Below, piece after piece: positions 59,580 to 64,000 of a stretch of 64,000 bases of DNA. The translations under genes and the position numbers were made by a program. How positions within the stretch are numbered: position 1 is the stretch's first letter; every line of letters begins with the position of its first letter. The stretch lies in NCBI GenBank assembly GCA_963706875.1, contig CAVPNW010000019.1, forward strand, positions 73,714 through 137,713, read 5' to 3'. The notes under the pieces are model-generated. The model did no database searches, was not told the DNA's origin, and was given only the letters and a program-made list of their open reading frames with translations. Origin of the DNA: an uncultured Actinomycetes bacterium (GTDB taxonomy: Bacteria; Actinomycetota; Actinomycetes; S36-B12; CAIYMF01).

Positions 59580-59698
59580 GGGTCCTCCGTGACGGTGGGA
59601 TCGGCGAGTGCGTCGGGGTGTGACGGGCCAATGTGCCGACTCCATCGAGCGGAGTCAAACCCGGGGCCCGGCTACGGGGCTGTCTGGAGATTCGCGAC

Positions 59699-59725
59699 GG
59701 CCCCCGCGGGACTCCCACGGGGGCC
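59699..59725 (-). terminator. Hairpin after fadD copy 2
   Basis: GGCCCCCG (59699-59706) pairs with CGGGGGCC (59718-59725). It lies 17-43 nt downstream of the stop at 59742 on the minus strand. Confidence 0.4.
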
Positions 59726-59741
59726 GTCGACGAAGGGCCTG

Positions 59742-61571
59742 CTAGGCGTACATCGCCTCGAGCTGGTCGGCGAAGTGCTCCTCGACAACCTTGCGCTTGA
59801 CCTTCAGGCTGGCCGTGAGCTCGCCGTTCTCCTCGCTCAGGTCGCGGTCGAGGATCGTGAACTTCTTGATCGTCTCCCACTTGTTGAGCTGGCCGTTGAG
59901 GGTGTCGATGTTGGCCTGGATGGCCGCCCGGACCTCCGGGGCCTGCGACAGGGTCGCGAAGTCACCGGTCAGCCCGCTCTTGGCCGCGAACGCCTGCAAC
60001 GCGTCGGGGTCCAGGGACACCAGGGCGGTGGCGTAGTTGCGGTTGTTCGCGTGCACCACGAGGTTCGAGGCCAGCGGCGAGATCACCTTGAACTGCGCGG
60101 CGATCAGGCCCGGGGCTATGTACTTGCCTCCCGACGTCTTGACCAGGTCCTTCTTGCGGTCGGTGATCTTCAGATGCCCCTTCTCGTCGAGGACACCGAT
60201 GTCACCGGTGGCCAGCCAGCCGTCGGGCAGCAGCGTCTCGGCGTTGACCTCGGGCAGGTTGCGGTAGCCACGCATGATGTGCGGACCGCGCAGCAGGACC
60301 TCGCCGTCCTCGGCGATCATCACCTCGGTGCCGGGCAGCGGCGAGCCGACCTTGCCGAACACGATGTCGTCCGGGCGTACGAGGCACGCGGCCGCGGTGT
60401 TCTCGGTCAGGCCGTAGCCCTCGAGGATCGGCATGCCGGCTGCGTCGAACCAGCGGGCGACGTCACCGTTGAGGGCCGCTGAGCCGGAGCAGAAGATGCG
60501 GATCCGCCCGCCGGTCAGCTCCCGGATCTTGGAGAAGACGAGCTTGTCCGCGATTCCCATCTTGATCCCGGCGAACGGGCCGGCCGACTGGCCGGCACGC
60601 TGCTTGGCCTTGACGTCTGCCGACGTGCTGAACGCCCACTCGAAGATCTTGGCCTTCGCACCGCCACCGGCCTTGGCCTTGGCGTTCGCACCCTGATAGA
60701 TCTTCTCGAAGATGCGCGGGACGCCAGCCATCACGGTCGGCTGGACCTTCGGCAGGTTCGCGACGATGTTCGGCACCCGGCCGTCCGTGGCCGTCATGAA
60801 GCCGATCTGGTACTGCGCCGAGATCAGCACCTTGCCGAACACGTGCGACAGCGGCAGCCACAGGAAGTGCACGTCGTCGGGCTCGAAGACGTGCATCGCC
60901 TCAATGCTCGCCCCCTCGAACACCCAGCAGCGGTGCGGCAGTTCGACGCCCTTGGGGCGGCCGGTGGTTCCTGAGGTGTAGATCATGGTGGCCAGCGACT
61001 CGGACGTGAGCTGGGCGACCCGCTCCTCGATCACCTTGGGGTTCTCGGTGAGCTTCGCCACGCCCATCTCGCGAAGCTGGTTCCAGCTGATCACGAAGTC
61101 GCCGTCGCCCTCGCCGTCGATGAGGATGATCTTGGTGAGCTCGGGCACCTGGTCACGCTGGTGCAGGGCCTTGTCGGCCTGCTTCTGGTCCTCGGCGATG
61201 AGGTACTTCGACCCGGAGTCGCTGACGATGTAGCCGAAGTCGTCATCGCCCGTGCTCGGATAGATGGTGGTGTTGGCACCACCGGCGAGCATCACCGCGC
61301 CATCGGCAAAGATCCACTCAGTGCGGGTGTTGCAGGCGATCGCGACCCGGTCCTCCACCTCGAGGCCCAGGGCGATCAGCCCGGCCCCGAGCTTCATCAT
61401 CTCGTCGCCTGCCTCACCCCAGGTGTACTTCACGTCCCAGGCGTCGTTCGGGCCCGGGGAGGTGAAGGCCAGCTTGTCCGGAGTCACGGCGACCCGGTCG
61501 AGGATGCTCCGGGAGAGCGTTTCGGGGTGGGGCGGGAGGGGCGTGCTCAGGGATCCGGCGGTGGTGGGCAT
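59742..61571 (-). CDS. Long-chain fatty-acid--CoA ligase (FadD15-like), copy 2
   Basis: MIYTSGTTGRPKGV, WLATGDIGVLDEKGHLKITDRKKD and KKFTILDRDLSEENGELTASLKVKRKVV. ATG at 61571 preceded by GGAGG. Confidence 0.9.
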   Translation of the reverse strand: MPTTAGSLSTPLPPHPETLSRSILDRVAVTPDKLAFTSPGPNDAWDVKYTWGEAGDEMMKLGAGLIALGLEVEDRVAIACNTRTEWIFADGAVMLAGGANTTIYPSTGDDDFGYIVSDSGSKYLIAEDQKQADKALHQRDQVPELTKIILIDGEGDGDFVISWNQLREMGVAKLTENPKVIEERVAQLTSESLATMIYTSGTTGRPKGVELPHRCWVFEGASIEAMHVFEPDDVHFLWLPLSHVFGKVLISAQYQIGFMTATDGRVPNIVANLPKVQPTVMAGVPRIFEKIYQGANAKAKAGGGAKAKIFEWAFSTSADVKAKQRAGQSAGPFAGIKMGIADKLVFSKIRELTGGRIRIFCSGSAALNGDVARWFDAAGMPILEGYGLTENTAAACLVRPDDIVFGKVGSPLPGTEVMIAEDGEVLLRGPHIMRGYRNLPEVNAETLLPDGWLATGDIGVLDEKGHLKITDRKKDLVKTSGGKYIAPGLIAAQFKVISPLASNLVVHANNRNYATALVSLDPDALQAFAAKSGLTGDFATLSQAPEVRAAIQANIDTLNGQLNKWETIKKFTILDRDLSEENGELTASLKVKRKVVEEHFADQLEAMYA

Positions 61572-61839
61572 TCAGGAGCCTCCAGTGGCAGTGGTGGACG
61601 TCAGTTCACGTGGAAGTGTGACGTACGTAACTCTGCCGACATCAGGCGCCCCCGGTCAAGCCGGCCGGCGGCGAAAGCCCGATGGCACGGCTCAATCCAC
61701 CGCGACCCCCTGGTCGCCCGCTGTCTCATCCCCTGAGTGGTGAGCGCAACCCGGCGGGATTCGGCGGATGGAACCCACCCTCAGGAACGCCCCTGCTCGT
61801 CATCGATCCCGCCGACGACCCAGGGCGCTCGCGTCCCTG

Positions 61840-63678
61840 CTACTTCTTGGCGCCCTGTTCGCCCTCGGTGTTGAGCGCGGCGATGAAGGCCTCCTGCGGG
61901 ATCTCGACCCGACCGACCATCTTCATCCGCTTCTTGCCCTCCTTCTGCTTCTCCAGCAGCTTGCGCTTGCGGGTGATGTCACCGCCGTAGCACTTGGCCA
62001 GGACGTCCTTGCGCATCGCGCGCACGCTCTCCCGGGCGATGATCCGCGAGCCGATCGCCGCCTGGATCGGGACCTCGAACTGCTGCCGTGGGATCAGGGT
62101 CTTGAGCTTGGCGGCCATGGCCACGCCATAGGCGTAGGACTTGTCGCGGTGCACGATCGCGCTGAAGGCGTCCACGGGCTCGCCGTGGAGCAGGATGTCG
62201 ACCTTCACCAGGTCGGCCGCCTGCTCGCCGGTCGTCTCGTAGTCCAGCGAGGCGTACCCGCGGGTGCGCGACTTCAGCGCGTCGAAGAAGTCGAAGACGA
62301 TCTCGGCCAGCGGCAGCGTGTAGCGCAGCTCGACGCGGGTGTCGGACAGGTAGTCCATTCCCAGCAGGTTGCCGCGGCGGTTCTGGCAGAGCTCCATGAT
62401 GGCGCCCACGTAGTCGGTGGGGCTCAGGATCGTGGCCCTCACGACGGGCTCGCGGACCTCGGCGACCTTGCCGTTCGGGTACTCCGAGGGGTTGGTGACC
62501 TCGATGCTGCGGCCGTCGTCGAGGGTGACCTGGTAGATCACGTTCGGGGCGGTCGAGATCAGGTCGAGGTTGAACTCCCGCTCGAGGCGCTCGCGGACTA
62601 TCTCCAGGTGGAGCAGCCCGAGGAAGCCGCAGCGGAACCCGAACCCGAGGGCCCCGGATGTCTCGGGCTCGTAGACCAGGGCGGCGTCGTTGAGCTTGAG
62701 CTTGTCCAGGGCATCGCGCAGCTCCGGGTAGTCCGAGCCGTCGATCGGGTACAGGCCGGAGAACACCATCGGCTTGGGGTCGCGGTAGCCGCCGAGGGGG
62801 ACGGTCGCGCCCGCCTTGCTCGCCGCGGTGACGGTGTCACCGACGCGACTCTGGCGCACGTCCTTCACGCCGGTGATCAGGTAGCCGACTTCCCCGGCCG
62901 CGATCGCCGACGACGGCACCGGATCCGGGGAGATCACGCCCACCTCGAGCATCTCGTGCTGGGCGCCGGTCGACATCATGACGATCCGCTCCCGGGTCGA
63001 GAGCTTGCCGTCGATCACCCGGACGTAGGTGATCACGCCACGGTAGGAGTCGTACACCGAGTCGAAGATCAGGGCGCGGGCCGGCGCATCCGGGTCACCG
63101 GCCGGAGCCGGCACCAGGCGGACGACCTCGTCGAGCAGCTCGCGCACACCCTTGCCGGTCTTCGCGCTGACCTGCAGGACGTCGGCCGGATCGCAGCCGA
63201 TGATGTGCGCCAGCTCGGCGGCGTAGCGCTCGGGCTGGGCCGCGGGCAGGTCGATCTTGTTCAGCACCGGGATGATCGCCAGGTCGTTCTCCAGCGCCAG
63301 GTACAGGTTTGCCAGGGTCTGGGCCTCGATGCCCTGGGCGGCGTCGACGAGCAGGATCGCGCCCTCACAGGCCGCCAGGCTGCGCGACACCTCGTAGGTG
63401 AAGTCGACGTGCCCCGGGGTGTCGATCAGGTTCAGGACGTAGTCGATTCCGTCCGAGGCGACGTAGGGCAGGCGCACGGCCTGGCTCTTGATCGTGATGC
63501 CGCGCTCGCGCTCGATGTCCATCCGGTCCAGGTACTGCGCGCGCATGTCGCGCGCGTCGACGACGCCGGTGATCTGCAGCATCCTGTCGGCCAGCGTCGA
63601 CTTGCCGTGGTCGATGTGGGCGATGATGCAGAAGTTGCGGATGATGGACTCATCCGTTGATCCGGGGGCTGGCGGCAC
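61840..63678 (-). CDS. lepA: Elongation factor 4
   Basis: [17 protein letters not shown] (G1), DTPGHVDF (G3), NKID (G4). C-terminal LepA domain ending [22 protein letters not shown]. Confidence 0.95.
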   Translation of the reverse strand: MPPAPGSTDESIIRNFCIIAHIDHGKSTLADRMLQITGVVDARDMRAQYLDRMDIERERGITIKSQAVRLPYVASDGIDYVLNLIDTPGHVDFTYEVSRSLAACEGAILLVDAAQGIEAQTLANLYLALENDLAIIPVLNKIDLPAAQPERYAAELAHIIGCDPADVLQVSAKTGKGVRELLDEVVRLVPAPAGDPDAPARALIFDSVYDSYRGVITYVRVIDGKLSTRERIVMMSTGAQHEMLEVGVISPDPVPSSAIAAGEVGYLITGVKDVRQSRVGDTVTAASKAGATVPLGGYRDPKPMVFSGLYPIDGSDYPELRDALDKLKLNDAALVYEPETSGALGFGFRCGFLGLLHLEIVRERLEREFNLDLISTAPNVIYQVTLDDGRSIEVTNPSEYPNGKVAEVREPVVRATILSPTDYVGAIMELCQNRRGNLLGMDYLSDTRVELRYTLPLAEIVFDFFDALKSRTRGYASLDYETTGEQAADLVKVDILLHGEPVDAFSAIVHRDKSYAYGVAMAAKLKTLIPRQQFEVPIQAAIGSRIIARESVRAMRKDVLAKCYGGDITRKRKLLEKQKEGKKRMKMVGRVEIPQEAFIAALNTEGEQGAKK

Positions 63679-64000
63679 GAGGGATATGGTCCCACAGGTT
63701 CGCCGGACCCCGGGCTACGTGTGCTTGCCCTCGGGGGTCTCGATCGCGTCGACGACGAGCCGTGGCGATCTGGTCGGCGACGCTGTCGACCTGGGCGGCG
63801 AAGTCGTCGTCGACGACGTCCGGGCTCTGCTCGTCGGCCACGCCGGGGACGAACGGCTCAGCCGGCTCCCGGGCGTCGTGGACATGCCGGTGGGCCGCGT
63901 CGGCGGGGACATCGATCGCATCGACAACCTCAGCGGCGAACTCGTCGGCAGCCTCGTCGACCTCGTGGGCGAACTCCTCATCCACGACGTCCGGGCTCTG
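63650..64000 (-). CDS. Possible acidic repeat protein; 3' part only, and the frame continues to the right edge
   Basis: The frame encodes Asp/Glu/Ala/Val-rich sequence with an internal repeat: [21 protein letters not shown] and (QS)[19 protein letters not shown]. The DNA repeat ACGACGTCCGGGCTCTG occurs at 63816-63832 and 63984-64000. The 3' end would overlap the lepA start. No family recognised. Confidence 0.3.
   Translation of the reverse strand, partial: QSPDVVDEEFAHEVDEAADEFAAEVVDAIDVPADAAHRHVHDAREPAEPFVPGVADEQSPDVVDDDFAAQVDSVADQIATARRRRDRDPRGQAHVARGPANLWDHIPRAASPRING

Overview
This is a high-GC chromosomal segment, almost certainly from an actinobacterium. All calls come from reading the supplied translations and the DNA by eye. 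No homology search, fold prediction or statistics were run.

Backbone: a minus-strand housekeeping block in the order typical of actinobacteria. The order is lepA, two fadD paralogs, hemW, hrcA-dnaJ-rsmE, HIT, phoH-ybeY-corC-era, recO, uppS, glyQS, dus, ppdK, dnaG and tRNA-Asn. Many neighbours overlap by 1 or 4 nt at stop/start. A CIRCE operator lies upstream of hrcA.

Accessory or unusual parts:
1. An oleA / oleB-oleC / oleD long-chain olefin cluster sits at the left edge. The fused oleBC reading frame is broken by an apparent 1-nt frameshift.
2. A solitary SNF2 helicase follows a roughly 500-nt non-coding spacer.
3. An uncharacterised metabolic cluster encodes a class II aldolase, a RetSat/CrtI-like flavoenzyme and a beta-propeller protein, then a coupled FGGY kinase, IMPase-family phosphatase and sphingosine-1-phosphate-lyase-like PLP enzyme. 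It ends in a gene-decay scar where a frameshifted FMO 5' fragment abuts a Zn-ADH 3' fragment.
4. A two-gene plus-strand island lies between recO and uppS. It encodes a secreted RCC1/BLIP-II-like propeller and an HCX5R dual-specificity phosphatase.
5. dgt is inverted relative to dnaG.
6. Several long palindromes occur, including a perfect 45-nt one just after era.

I saw no CRISPR array, rRNA, transposase, integrase or phage genes. The many long ORFs antisense to real genes are GC-driven shadow ORFs.
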